Positions 38,301-48,809 of a stretch of 64,000 nucleotides of DNA are shown piece after piece (position 1 is the stretch's first letter; every line of letters starts with the position of its first letter). The notes beneath the pieces are model-generated. The model was not told the DNA's origin. It saw nothing but the letters and a program-made list of their open reading frames with translations, and did no database searches. The translations under genes were made by a program, and so were the position numbers. The DNA comes from an uncultured Clostridia bacterium (GTDB lineage Bacteria > Bacillota > Clostridia > UBA1381): NCBI GenBank assembly GCA_934476075.1, contig CAKSNH010000013.1, forward strand, positions 1 through 64,000, read 5' to 3'.

Positions 38301-40459
38301 TGAAGGGCAGAATAATAGAAATCAATAACGGATATGCAATAGTAATCACCAAAAACGGTGAGTTTGTGAAAACAAGAAATTACAAAAAAGCGTCTGTGGG
38401 CGATGAAATAACCGTATGCACAGGATTTGCGGGATATACAAAAGCAATAGCGGCGGCTGCGGCTATGGTGGCGGTATTTTGCGGTACGGCGGTGTCATAT
38501 TGTATGCCCACGAGTTATGTCGATATATGTATAAACCCCGAAATTGAACTCAAACTTAATATGTATGACATTGTTATCGGTGCGGAAGGGAAAAATGATG
38601 ACGGTGCTGCGGTGCTCGGCAGGGAAAATGTGAAAAATGTAAAGCTGAAAAACGCACTTGACGATATAATCGAGAATGCACAGAGTTTAGGATTTATTCC
38701 CGAAAATGAGGAAAAGACGGTTGTATTGTCGGTGTTTGCGAAAAATGAGGGTACGGCAAAAAGCCTGTATGAAAGCGTTAAGGCTTATGAAGTGCCGGAG
38801 AGAATTAACAAGGTAGTGAAAATTGCAAGCAGTGACGATGTTACAAATGCAAATGCGGAGAATTTGTCCGTGGGCAAATATTTGCTTGTGAACGAGGTTG
38901 CGGACGCTGTGCCCGAAATGTCAAAAGAGGAATGGAAAAATCATTCGGTTAAAGAGATTATAACAACGCTTGACAAGGTAAAGGACAACAGCGTAACAAC
39001 AACATCTGCACAGGCGGAAAATCCGCAGAATACAGTCGGCGGAACGGAAAACGTTATCGAAAATAAGCCGAAAATCAGTCCGAAACCCGAAACGGGTACG
39101 GCGGAACGTCCGACAACCTTTACAGAGCGTAAAACTGAGGATATTCCAAAACCGCAGACTATAAAAGCTGACGAGAGAAATACGCAAAAGCCGACTGAAA
39201 CAAGGTTTGGTGTGCCTGTCGGGGATATTGCTCCGAAAGAGGAAAAGAAACCTGTGATATTTGCCGACAGCGAGCCTATGCCAAACCACGATGGCGGCAA
39301 TGCAGAGCCGAATGACGAGCCTAAACCGCCGGAGATTGAAAGCCGAGATAATGAACCGCCGTCAAACAACAGTGAGTTTGAGAAACCGCCGATAACAAGC
39401 GGTGACGATTTTGGCGAAAACAATATTTTTGATGACGGCAGAAAAGACGATAACAATAATGTGCTTGATAATGAGCCTGTAAATGGCGATGGGGATATGA
39501 CACTTCAAAACGGCGATAAGACTCATTCGGGCGGCGGTGCAAAAGCAGATAGTAACAAGTCAAATATTGACAATCGACCGAATGAGAACCCGAACGGCGG
39601 ATTTGGTGACAGACAAGACGAGCCGAGCAACAAAGATTTTGACAGTCGACCGAATGAGAACCCGAACGGCGGATTTGGTGACAGACAAGACGAGCCGAGC
39701 AACAAAGATTTTGACAGTCGACCGAATGAGAACCCAAACGGTGGGTTTGGTGACAGGAAAGACGAGCCGAGCGACAAGGATTTTGGCAATCGACCGAATG
39801 AGAACCCAAACGGTGGGTTTGGTGACAGGCAAGACGAGCCGAGCGACAAAGATTTTGGCAATCGACCGAATGACAATCCAAACGGTGGGTTTGGTGACAG
39901 GCAAGACACACCGCCGGACAGGGATTTTGGCAATCGACCGAATGAGAACCCAAACGGTGGGTTTGATAACAGGCAAGACGAGCCGAGCGATAAGGATTTT
40001 GGCAATCGACCGAATGAGAACCCAAACGGTGGGTTTGATAACAGGCAAGACGAGCCGAGCGATAAGGATTTTAACAGTCAACTGAATGAGAACCCAAACG
40101 GCGGATTTGGTGACAGACAAGACGAGCCGAGCGACAAGGATTTTGACAACCGACCGAATGAGAATCCAAACGGTGGGTTTGGTGACAGGCAAGACGAGCC
40201 GAGCGACAAGGATTTTGACAATCGACCGAATGAGAATCCAAACGGTGGGTTTGATGACAGGCAAGACACACCGCCGGACAGGGATTTTGATGACAGAACG
40301 TATTTTGATATGCCAAGCTTTGACGGCGGACATGATGAGATGCCGTCAGAATGGGATTTTGGCGACAGCGGATTTGACGGAGAATGGAATGATGCTCCCG
40401 ACGACAATCCTCCGCCGGAGCATGAAAACGGTTTTAATGACGGGCCGTTTGGCGAATAA
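38300..40459 (+). CDS. rsgI: RsgI-family anti-sigma-I factor with a single TM helix and a long extracytoplasmic repeat domain of low complexity.
   Basis: RsgI N-terminal domain (MKGRIIEINNGYAIVITKNGEFVKT...GDEITV). TM helix AIAAAAAMVAVFCGTAV. Then ~10 tandem 24-aa units RPNENPNGGFGDRQDEPSDKDFDN. Confidence 0.7.
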   Translation: MKGRIIEINNGYAIVITKNGEFVKTRNYKKASVGDEITVCTGFAGYTKAIAAAAAMVAVFCGTAVSYCMPTSYVDICINPEIELKLNMYDIVIGAEGKNDDGAAVLGRENVKNVKLKNALDDIIENAQSLGFIPENEEKTVVLSVFAKNEGTAKSLYESVKAYEVPERINKVVKIASSDDVTNANAENLSVGKYLLVNEVADAVPEMSKEEWKNHSVKEIITTLDKVKDNSVTTTSAQAENPQNTVGGTENVIENKPKISPKPETGTAERPTTFTERKTEDIPKPQTIKADERNTQKPTETRFGVPVGDIAPKEEKKPVIFADSEPMPNHDGGNAEPNDEPKPPEIESRDNEPPSNNSEFEKPPITSGDDFGENNIFDDGRKDDNNNVLDNEPVNGDGDMTLQNGDKTHSGGGAKADSNKSNIDNRPNENPNGGFGDRQDEPSNKDFDSRPNENPNGGFGDRQDEPSNKDFDSRPNENPNGGFGDRKDEPSDKDFGNRPNENPNGGFGDRQDEPSDKDFGNRPNDNPNGGFGDRQDTPPDRDFGNRPNENPNGGFDNRQDEPSDKDFGNRPNENPNGGFDNRQDEPSDKDFNSQLNENPNGGFGDRQDEPSDKDFDNRPNENPNGGFGDRQDEPSDKDFDNRPNENPNGGFDDRQDTPPDRDFDDRTYFDMPSFDGGHDEMPSEWDFGDSGFDGEWNDAPDDNPPPEHENGFNDGPFGE
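39575..40295 (+). repeat. Tandem array of about 10 copies of a 72-bp unit inside rsgI.
   Basis: The unit cgaccgaatgagaacccaaacggtgggtttggtgacaggcaagacgagccgagcgacaaggattttgacaat recurs with a few substitutions per copy. It is in frame and encodes the 24-aa repeats. Confidence 0.85.
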
Positions 40460-40465
40460 CTGAAT

Positions 40466-40514
40466 AAAGCCTCAAAGGTCAAACCGAAAATCTGACCTTT
40501 GAGGCTTTTGTTTT
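40466..40514. terminator. Bidirectional intrinsic terminator between rsgI (+) and the Ca/Na exchanger gene (-).
   Basis: AAAGCCTCAAAGGTCA-loop-TGACCTTTGAGGCTTT flanked by T/A runs. Confidence 0.7.
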
Positions 40515-40521
40515 GAGAAAA

Positions 40522-41487
40522 TTATCTCAATATGATATATGCCGAATAGGCTATATAGGTAATCAGCATGGAAATTGCAAACGGTTTTGTAGTCTTTTTG
40601 GTTTTGATGAACACAAGATACATTGCGATACTTATGACAGTTAGAATAATTGTGTCATATATAGCAAGCATATCAACATTTATCGGGTGGATTGCCGCCG
40701 AAACACCAAGCACAAAGAACACGTTAAAAATGTTTGAGCCGAGCACGTTGCCGAGTGCAATATCACTCTCATTCTTTTTCAGAGCAACAACAGATGTGAC
40801 AAGCTCCGGAAGTGATGTGCCTATTGCAATGATGGTTAAGCCTATCAGCGTTTCGCTGACGTGGAGTGTCAGTGCAATGGATTGGGCGGACATTACCGTA
40901 AGCTTGCCGCCGATTGAAATTCCCGCAATTCCAAGCAGCGAGAAAAGTATGTACATAGGAACGGATTTTAGCTTTTCATCGGGTTCTTCATCGGCAAGAG
41001 ATGCTTTGTACTTTAATGCACTTCTTACGTTGAATATTATAAAAAGTACAAAAAATGCAAGAAAGATTATGCCGTCAATATGTGATAATGTAAGTGTTGA
41101 GTTTCTTTTGTATATGCGGTCAAAAGCCAGCATAAACATCAGGACGGCGGATAATATGGCAAGCGGAAAATCACGCTTTAAGACGGATTTATCAACGGCT
41201 ATCGAGCCTACCAATGCAGATATACCCGTTACCATAAGCAAGTTGAAAATATTCGAGCCGATAACGTTGCTCACGGCAATCTCATTGCTGCCTGCCAGTG
41301 CTGCGGCGATACTTACCGCTGCTTCGGGCAGACTTGTGCCGAATGCAACTACGGTAAGACCTATTACTATTGACGGTATTTTAAGTTTTTTGGCGATACC
41401 CGACGCACCGTCAACAAATACGTCCGCACCTTTGATAAGCAGGAAAAATCCCACTATAAGCAAAAGTATGTCCAGTAAAGTTTTCAT
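40522..41487 (-). CDS. CaCA-family Na+/Ca2+ (K+-dependent type) exchanger, YrbG-like.
   Basis: Two alpha-repeat halves (GTSLPE...; second GTSLPELVTS). The start is MKTLLDILLL at 41487, with RBS AAAGGAGAA. Confidence 0.8.
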   Translation of the reverse strand: MKTLLDILLLIVGFFLLIKGADVFVDGASGIAKKLKIPSIVIGLTVVAFGTSLPEAAVSIAAALAGSNEIAVSNVIGSNIFNLLMVTGISALVGSIAVDKSVLKRDFPLAILSAVLMFMLAFDRIYKRNSTLTLSHIDGIIFLAFFVLFIIFNVRSALKYKASLADEEPDEKLKSVPMYILFSLLGIAGISIGGKLTVMSAQSIALTLHVSETLIGLTIIAIGTSLPELVTSVVALKKNESDIALGNVLGSNIFNVFFVLGVSAAIHPINVDMLAIYDTIILTVISIAMYLVFIKTKKTTKPFAISMLITYIAYSAYIILR

Positions 41488-41520
41488 ATAAATTTTCTCC
41501 TTTTGTATTTGGGGGCAGTC

Positions 41521-41625
41521 ATAAAAAAGCTTCTGATAGAAGCACCGCCTGCGGGCGGAGGAATAATGTAGCATTTTTGATTTTTCGTCATTGCGTTTTA
41601 CGCAATTTCCTACAAATTAAAAAAA
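41521..41625 (-). repeat. Intergenic repeat family 1, copy 2 (inverted orientation).
   Basis: The reverse complement matches copy 1 over ~100 nt with a few substitutions. It lies between the Ca/Na exchanger gene and yebC. Confidence 0.8.
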
Positions 41626-41627
41626 GA

Positions 41628-41668
41628 CTTTTATTGCCGCACAAAAGTAACAATAAAAGTCTTGCTAA
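41628..41668 (-). terminator. Intrinsic terminator downstream of yebC.
   Basis: 13-bp stem AAGACTTTTATTG / CAATAAAAGTCTT with a T run on the minus strand. Confidence 0.6.
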
Positions 41669-41762
41669 TTATAAATGGTACGGATTGAATAAAATCAATC
41701 GGGACTGTCGACACCATTAACGTTAAAACGTAAGCTACTCCCTTTTATTTTAAACAAATTAA

Positions 41763-42506
41763 TCAGTCTTCATCGGGTTCTTCCGGCATATCCCAGTTGT
41801 GATATACTTCCTGAACGTCATCGTTTTCTTCCATAGCTTCAAGCAATTTGGTCATCATAAGAATTTGCTTTTCATCGGTAAGCTGTACCATAGTTTGAGG
41901 AACAAGCTGTACTTCGGCTGATGAAATAACGTATTTTTGTTCAAGAGCGTCACGAACCTCGTGGAAAGCCTCCGGAGAAGTTGTGATTTCGTAGTAATCT
42001 TCTTCAACGGCAATATCATCAGCACCTGCGTCAAGAGCGTCCATGGTGATAGTGTCCTCGTCAAAGTTTGCGTCATTTTCTATAACGATAATGCCCTTTT
42101 TGTCAAACATAAAGCTTACACAGCCGTTTTGACCAAGGTTGCCGCCGAATTTATCGAAGTAGTGACGCATATCGCCGGCAGTACGGTTTTTGTTGTCGGT
42201 CAAGGTTTCAACGATAACCGCTACACCGTTAGGACCGTAACCCTCGTATGTATTGTTTTCGTAATTTGTTGTGTCGCCGGCACCGGCAGCTTTTTTGATT
42301 GTACGATTTATGTTGTCATTAGGCATATTGTTGCTGCGTGCCTTTGAAATAACGTCTTTAAGACGTGAGTTGTTGTCGGGGTCGGGACCGCCGGCTTTAA
42401 CAGCAACGATAATTTCTCTTGCAATCTTTGTGAAAATTTTTGCTCTTTGTGCGTCATTAGCACCTTTTTTTCTCTTAATTGTACTCCACTTAGAGTGTCC
42501 TGACAT
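41763..42506 (-). CDS. yebC: YebC/PmpR-family transcriptional regulatory protein.
   Basis: MSGHSKWSTIKRKKGANDAQRAKIFTKIAREI... Confidence 0.85.
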   Translation of the reverse strand: MSGHSKWSTIKRKKGANDAQRAKIFTKIAREIIVAVKAGGPDPDNNSRLKDVISKARSNNMPNDNINRTIKKAAGAGDTTNYENNTYEGYGPNGVAVIVETLTDNKNRTAGDMRHYFDKFGGNLGQNGCVSFMFDKKGIIVIENDANFDEDTITMDALDAGADDIAVEEDYYEITTSPEAFHEVRDALEQKYVISSAEVQLVPQTMVQLTDEKQILMMTKLLEAMEENDDVQEVYHNWDMPEEPDED

Positions 42507-42545
42507 TGTTCTATCTCTCCTTTGTAAATTTATTCGTATACATAG

Positions 42546-43441
<896 letters not shown>

Positions 43442-43732
43442 TTTAAAAATCTCCTTATCGATAAGCATTTTAAAACACAAGCAACAGTGTGTTATAAAAC
43501 AGCTTTTTTAATTTTCCGCCCGAAAGCGGTATCTTGTATTAACATATTATTATGCAATGTAAGATATTATATCACAAACTGCGAAAGATTACAATACATA
43601 ATTAACGATATACGGCAGTTTTTTTGTAGGATAAAAAGGAGAGGGGGATGGGAATAGTATAAATTATAATTTATCTAAATCATACCCAAAAATCACCAAT
43701 AAAAAAATTATTCCGTTTTTATAAACAATTAA

Positions 43733-43761
43733 TTGTAATTATACAAAATATGTGGTATAAT
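43733..43761 (+). promoter_or_regulatory. Sigma-A-type promoter with an extended -10, upstream of the SLH protein gene.
   Basis: TTGTAA, a 17-nt spacer, then TGGTATAAT. Confidence 0.45.
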
Positions 43762-43895
43762 TATTAAAAGGCAAATTTGGCAAATAAAATCAAAGTAACG
43801 GTATGTGCCGATAAAAAATACAATATAAGGAGGGGATTCATTTACAAAAATGAGTGCATACCTGTGAAATGACAAAAAGAAAGAGGGGAATAAAA

Positions 43896-45092
43896 ATGAT
43901 AAAGAAAATATTAAGTTTTTTTGTGACAGTATGTATATTGTGCACGGTTTTCCCGTGTGCGGTTTTTGCGATTGACGAAAGCGGTGAGATTGACGCCGCA
44001 AGAAAGGCTATCAGAAAGAGTGAAAGTACGCTTACAGCGTATAATGATATGCCAATGGAAGCATTTATAAGCCTTGTAAAGACAGTTATTCCGGCAGACA
44101 GCAGTGTGGAGCTCTCTTTTGAGAAAGAATCTGATTACCGTATATACAACGCAACGAGCGAAAAAGACGGTTCGATTTTTGCAAATATCCGGTTCACCTG
44201 CGGGCCTTACACAAGACACGATATGTATACCATTAAAATACCGGCACTTACCGGTGCGGCGGCTGAAAACAATCAGGACGCTGAAAATGTGGCAAAGGAT
44301 ATTGCAGAGGCAAGGGAAATTTTCAAGAGCGTTTCACTTGACCCGAACGTTACGCCGGACGATATTTTAAACTCGATAAGAGCGGTTATCACACACGGCA
44401 GTACGGTAACGCTTGACGGCGAATTTACAAAGGTAGATTCTACCGCAAAGAAAAAAGGCTCGGTAAAATGTTTTGTTAAATTTACAATCAACAGTGCGTC
44501 TGATACATTGAAGGTGTACAATACACTTAAATTGCTTGGCGACAATTCAGCCAACATACCTACAACTCCGGCAGCACCGGCAGGATTTACAGACGTGGCA
44601 GACGATGCATACTATGCAGATGCGGTTAAATGGGCGGTTGAAAAGAATATCACTCAGGGTACAAGCGATACAACTTTCTCTCCTGACGAAACCTGTACAA
44701 GAGCACAAATTCTGACATTCCTATGGCGTGCGGTAGGCTCGCCGAAAACAGGTGACGCAAATCCTTTTGCAGACGTAACGGCAAACGATTATTACTATGA
44801 CGCAGCTATTTGGGCGGCTAAGATGGGTATGGTTTCTGGCGACAGATTTAACGGCGATACCCCTTGCACAAGAGCACTTACCGTTACATATCTATGGCAG
44901 AATGACGGTGCGGAAGAATACGAGGATTTGGGCGTATTTGATGATGTTGACGCTAATGCGAGTTATTGTGCGGCGGTATCATGGGCAGTTGAAAACGGCG
45001 TTACAAGCGGTGTGTCCGATACGGAATTTGCACCTAATGAAATTTGTTCGAGAGGTCAGATTGTGACTTTCCTGAAAAGAGCATTGGGCTGA
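43896..45092 (+). CDS. S-layer-homology (SLH) domain cell-wall-anchored protein.
   Basis: Signal peptide FFVTVCILCTVFPCAVFA. Three C-terminal SLH repeats (FTDVADDAYYADAVKWAVEKNITQG; FADVTANDYYYDAAIWAAKMGMVSG; FDDVDANASYCAAVSWAVENGVTSG). Confidence 0.7.
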   Translation: MIKKILSFFVTVCILCTVFPCAVFAIDESGEIDAARKAIRKSESTLTAYNDMPMEAFISLVKTVIPADSSVELSFEKESDYRIYNATSEKDGSIFANIRFTCGPYTRHDMYTIKIPALTGAAAENNQDAENVAKDIAEAREIFKSVSLDPNVTPDDILNSIRAVITHGSTVTLDGEFTKVDSTAKKKGSVKCFVKFTINSASDTLKVYNTLKLLGDNSANIPTTPAAPAGFTDVADDAYYADAVKWAVEKNITQGTSDTTFSPDETCTRAQILTFLWRAVGSPKTGDANPFADVTANDYYYDAAIWAAKMGMVSGDRFNGDTPCTRALTVTYLWQNDGAEEYEDLGVFDDVDANASYCAAVSWAVENGVTSGVSDTEFAPNEICSRGQIVTFLKRALG

Positions 45093-45174
45093 TTTGGTTT
45101 AAATAGTTAAATTGATGTGACTCCAAAAAGTTAGACTTTTTATAGCGTGGTAGTTTTAATGACTGCTACGCTAT

Positions 45175-45276
45175 TTTTAATTTGTAGGAAATTGCGTAAC
45201 ACGCAATGACGAAAAATCAAAAATGCTACCATAGTCCTCCGCCCGCAGGCGGTGCTTCTATCAGAAGCTTTTTTAT
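45175..45276 (+). repeat. Intergenic repeat family 1, copy 3.
   Basis: Near-identical to copy 1 (TTTAATTTGTAGGAAATTGCGTAACACGCAATGACGAAAAATCAAAAATGCTACCATAGTCCTCCGCCCGCAGGCGGTGCTTCTATCAGAAGCTTTTTTATG). Confidence 0.8.
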
Positions 45277-45336
45277 GCGTAAATTTTTAAAACATGATAG
45301 TAAATGATAGTTTTTTATGCGTTAAAATTAAGGTAC

Positions 45337-45410
45337 AATAACTTAACGAAACAGAACGAAATCAGAGAATTTCTATGTTTTGGAAAACATTGCATCATAA
45401 TACCGTGTTG
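45337..45410 (+). repeat. Intergenic repeat family 2, copy B.
   Basis: CAATAACTTAACGAAACAGAACGAAATCAGAGAATTTCTATGTTTTGGAAAACATTGCATCATAATACCGTG, upstream of the DnaD-like gene. Confidence 0.7.
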
Positions 45411-45445
45411 TTATTATATAAAAAATATATCGGAGGCGGAAAAAA

Positions 45446-46276
45446 ATGACATACATTGATATGATTAACGCATTTTGGAATTGGAGAAAGTTTAATGTAA
45501 TTCCTCATTCAACGGCGGATTTGTTTTACTGCATTTTGGACTTTGCAAACTCTACAAGGTGGCAGGATAAAATTACTATCCCAAATTCACGCATAATGGG
45601 TAAAATCGATATTTCTGAAAAAAGCCTGTTTACGTCACGCAGTTTATTAATTGAATTCGGACTTATAAATTACGAGAGCGGTAAAAAAGGTCAGGCGGGT
45701 ACATACCAAATCAATCTGACAACTCTGCAAAGTTTCAGCAATAAGTTCTGCAATGAGGACAGCAATGATGGAAACAATAGCAGAGCAATTCGGGAAACAA
45801 TAACGGAGCAGCAGGGGGGACATAATAAAGATATAGATAAAGAGATAGAAATAGAAAAAGAGAAAGAAAAAGACGAAGATGAAGACAATAATAAATTATC
45901 GTCGGTCATCGTCTGCTATGAAAATAATATTTCGTCAATCACAAATGTTATTCGTGACAGTATTGCCGATTGGCTGAAAAGTGTGGACAGTGATGTGATT
46001 ATATGGGCGATAAATGAGGCAGTGAAACTGAATAAGCGTAACTGGAAATATATCGAGGGGATAATTCGCAATCAATTAAACAGCGGAAATACCACTCTCG
46101 AAAAGATTATCGCAAGCGAAAAACAGCGTGAAAACAATACCAAATCCGACAGCTATACAAGCAACAACACCTATGATTTCGACGGGATAGAAAAGCAGAT
46201 GTGGGCAAATTACAAAAAGGAAAATACAAAGCACGATGCTTATGCGGATTTATTTAAAAAGTTTGAGCTTGGCTGA
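45446..46276 (+). CDS. DnaD-domain replication-initiation / replisome-organizer-like protein, probably phage- or mobile-element-derived.
   Basis: The N-terminal winged-helix-like region and the C-terminal DnaD/DnaB_2-type motif (VIIWAINEAVKLNKRNWKYIEGIIRNQL) are separated by an acidic low-complexity linker (KEIEIEKEKEKDEDEDNN). Intergenic repeat families 1 and 2 lie immediately upstream. Confidence 0.55.
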   Translation: MTYIDMINAFWNWRKFNVIPHSTADLFYCILDFANSTRWQDKITIPNSRIMGKIDISEKSLFTSRSLLIEFGLINYESGKKGQAGTYQINLTTLQSFSNKFCNEDSNDGNNSRAIRETITEQQGGHNKDIDKEIEIEKEKEKDEDEDNNKLSSVIVCYENNISSITNVIRDSIADWLKSVDSDVIIWAINEAVKLNKRNWKYIEGIIRNQLNSGNTTLEKIIASEKQRENNTKSDSYTSNNTYDFDGIEKQMWANYKKENTKHDAYADLFKKFELG

Positions 46277-46412
46277 TTGATAAGCAATTTTAAATCAATA
46301 AATACCGTTATCGGTTACTGTAATTATGTCCGCCGGCAATATACAACTGTGACTGCTTTTTGTATAAATGCGGATAACGGCGATTTATCACCATTCGGTC
46401 GGACAGTTATTA

Positions 46413-46441
46413 TTGATTTATTATACAAAGTATGGTATTAT
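46413..46441 (+). promoter_or_regulatory. Candidate sigma-A promoter of the rnf operon.
   Basis: TTGATT, a 17-nt spacer, then TATTAT, ~40 nt upstream of the rnfC RBS. Confidence 0.4.
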
Positions 46442-46481
46442 TAATACTGTTTAAAAATATTTTATTAAGGAGTTGAAGAAT

Positions 46482-47807
46482 ATGCCTGTAACATTCAAGG
46501 GTGGTATGCATATGCATGACTTCAAGGAACTTACAAACAATGTGGCAATAAAAAAATTGCCGGATTGTCCGCTGCATATATTCCCGTTGCAGCAACATAT
46601 AGGAGCACCGCTGAATCCGCTTGTGGCAGTAGGCGATACTGTTAAAGTGGGACAGAAAATAGCGGACAGCGACGCATTTGTATCATCACCGCTGCACAGC
46701 AGTATTTCAGGTAAGGTAACCGCAATCAAGCCTCATTATCATCCTTCGGGAGCAATGGTTACATCAATTTTTATCGAAAACGATATGGAGTATACCGTTG
46801 ATGAGAGCATAAAGCCGAAGGGCGAGCCGTCACAGTATACGCCGGAACAGATTGTGAAATTTGTCCGAGAGGCGGGTATTGTCGGTCTTGGCGGAGCGGG
46901 TTTTCCCACTCATGTTAAATTGTCACCGCCGAAGGACAGGGAAATTACTCATGTCATAGTAAACGGTGCGGAGTGCGAACCATATCTTACATCAGACCAC
47001 AGACGTATGCTTGAAACACCTGAAAATATTTTTTACGGTTTGGAAACTGTAATGGGTATATTCGGATTGAAAAAAGGATATATAGGTATTGAAACAAATA
47101 AGGCGAATGCAATCGAGGTTATGCGTGAGGAGGCTAAAAAGCATGACGGAGTGGAGATTGTTACGCTTAAAACAAAATATCCGCAGGGTGCTGAAAAACA
47201 GCTTATAAAAGCCGTTGCAAACAAGACAGTGCCGTCAAAGGGCTTGCCGAGCGACGTCGGTGCGGTTGTATTGAATATAGATACCGTTACCGCTATTGCA
47301 AATATCTTTAAAACAGGTATGCCGCTGCTTACAAGAATTGTTACGGTTTCGGGCGACTGCGTGAAAGAGCCGGCTAATTTTGAAGTACCGATTGGTGTGC
47401 CGTTTGAATTTATATTTGAGAGTGCGGGCGGATTTGTGAAAGAGCCTAAAAAGATTATCATGGGCGGCCCTATGATGGGTATGGCTCAGTATACGCTTGA
47501 AACTCCCGCAATAAAGACAACATCGGGTCTTTTGGCTATTTCAGATGTTGCGGATACTTATGATGAGGAATCACCGTGTATCAGATGCGGTAAATGTGTA
47601 TCCAAATGTCCTATGCGTTTAATGCCGCTTTATCTTAACAAATATGCCTTAGACGGCAATTTGGAAATGGCGGAAAAATATAATATTATGGATTGTATAG
47701 AATGTGGTCTTTGCTCATATCTCTGTCCGGGTAAACGTAATCCTTTGCAGAATATAAGAATGGCAAAACAACAGATTATCGAAAAATCAAGAAAGAACAA
47801 ATCATAA
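46482..47807 (+). CDS. rnfC: Rnf electron-transport complex subunit C.
   Basis: NADH/FMN-binding region plus two 4Fe-4S CxxCxxCxxxCP motifs. RBS AAGGAG. Confidence 0.85.
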   Translation: MPVTFKGGMHMHDFKELTNNVAIKKLPDCPLHIFPLQQHIGAPLNPLVAVGDTVKVGQKIADSDAFVSSPLHSSISGKVTAIKPHYHPSGAMVTSIFIENDMEYTVDESIKPKGEPSQYTPEQIVKFVREAGIVGLGGAGFPTHVKLSPPKDREITHVIVNGAECEPYLTSDHRRMLETPENIFYGLETVMGIFGLKKGYIGIETNKANAIEVMREEAKKHDGVEIVTLKTKYPQGAEKQLIKAVANKTVPSKGLPSDVGAVVLNIDTVTAIANIFKTGMPLLTRIVTVSGDCVKEPANFEVPIGVPFEFIFESAGGFVKEPKKIIMGGPMMGMAQYTLETPAIKTTSGLLAISDVADTYDEESPCIRCGKCVSKCPMRLMPLYLNKYALDGNLEMAEKYNIMDCIECGLCSYLCPGKRNPLQNIRMAKQQIIEKSRKNKS

Positions 47808-47843
47808 TATTGTTTAATATACAGGAAGGAATGGTATAAATTT

Positions 47844-48809
47844 ATGCAAAAATTTGTTGTGTCATCATCACCGCATATACATCAGAACGAGTCTATAAGT
47901 TCTATTATGCTTGATGTGATTATTGCGCTGCTGCCGGCAACGATAGCCGGAGTGTATTTCTTTGGATTTCGTGCACTGTTTGTGGTTTTAACCGCTATTG
48001 TGTCATGCGTTGCGGCAGAGGGTATCTATCAGAAACTTATGCACAAGCGTGTTGCGATAAAGGATTTGAGTGCGGTTGTAACGGGCTTGCTAATCGGTCT
48101 TAATATGCCTGCCGGTATACCGCTCGGTATGGTGGTTATCGGTTCGGTATTTGCGATAATTATTGTAAAACAGTTGTACGGCGGTTTGGGAAAGAATTTC
48201 TTAAATCCGGCTTTGGCGGCAAGATGTTTCATGCTTGTTGCGTGGGCGGGTGCAATGACCACATTTGTAATTCCGTTTAAGGGCACGGGCGTTGATGCGG
48301 TTGCGTCGGCTACACCGCTTGCTATTTTAAAAGGTACGTCGGAGGGCACTCTGCCTACAATCACAAACGCATTTTTGGGTATTATTCCGGGCAGTATCGG
48401 CGAAACATCGGCATTGATGCTGCTTATCGGATTTGTATATCTTTTGGTAAGACGTGTTATCAGCTGGAAGATACCTGTTACATATATTGCGGTCTTTGCC
48501 GTTTTGACATTCCTGTTCGGCGGCGAAAAGTTTGATATTCACTATACATTGCTGCAAATACTTACAGGCGGTCTGTTCCTTGGTGCATTCTTTATGGCAA
48601 CAGACTACACAACCACTCCGACTTCACCTGTCGGACAGTTTATTTTCGGTATAGGCTGCGGTGTTTTGACTTTTGTAATTCGTAAATTCGGCGGTTATCC
48701 TGAGGGTGTATCGTTCTCGATATTGCTTATGAATTTGGCTACACCGCTTATTGACAGATACATTATTCCAAGGAAGTTCGGGGAGGTGTCCAAACATGGC
48801 GGAAAGTAA
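47844..48809 (+). CDS. rnfD: Rnf complex subunit D.
   Basis: NqrB/RnfD-type polytopic membrane protein. Confidence 0.85.
   Translation: MQKFVVSSSPHIHQNESISSIMLDVIIALLPATIAGVYFFGFRALFVVLTAIVSCVAAEGIYQKLMHKRVAIKDLSAVVTGLLIGLNMPAGIPLGMVVIGSVFAIIIVKQLYGGLGKNFLNPALAARCFMLVAWAGAMTTFVIPFKGTGVDAVASATPLAILKGTSEGTLPTITNAFLGIIPGSIGETSALMLLIGFVYLLVRRVISWKIPVTYIAVFAVLTFLFGGEKFDIHYTLLQILTGGLFLGAFFMATDYTTTPTSPVGQFIFGIGCGVLTFVIRKFGGYPEGVSFSILLMNLATPLIDRYIIPRKFGEVSKHGGK

Noticed and set aside
39321-40482. Several long ORFs on both strands inside the rsgI tandem-repeat region (39321-40025, 39523-40005, 39560-40333, 39537-40085, 40071-40482).
   Set aside because: They are periodic artefacts of the 72-bp repeat in alternative frames. 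The sense frame encoding the RsgI ectodomain is continuous with the RsgI_N domain and the TM helix.
40568-41491. 307-aa plus-strand ORF.
   Set aside because: It is antisense to the well-supported CaCA exchanger gene. Its composition is a mirror image of hydrophobic codons.
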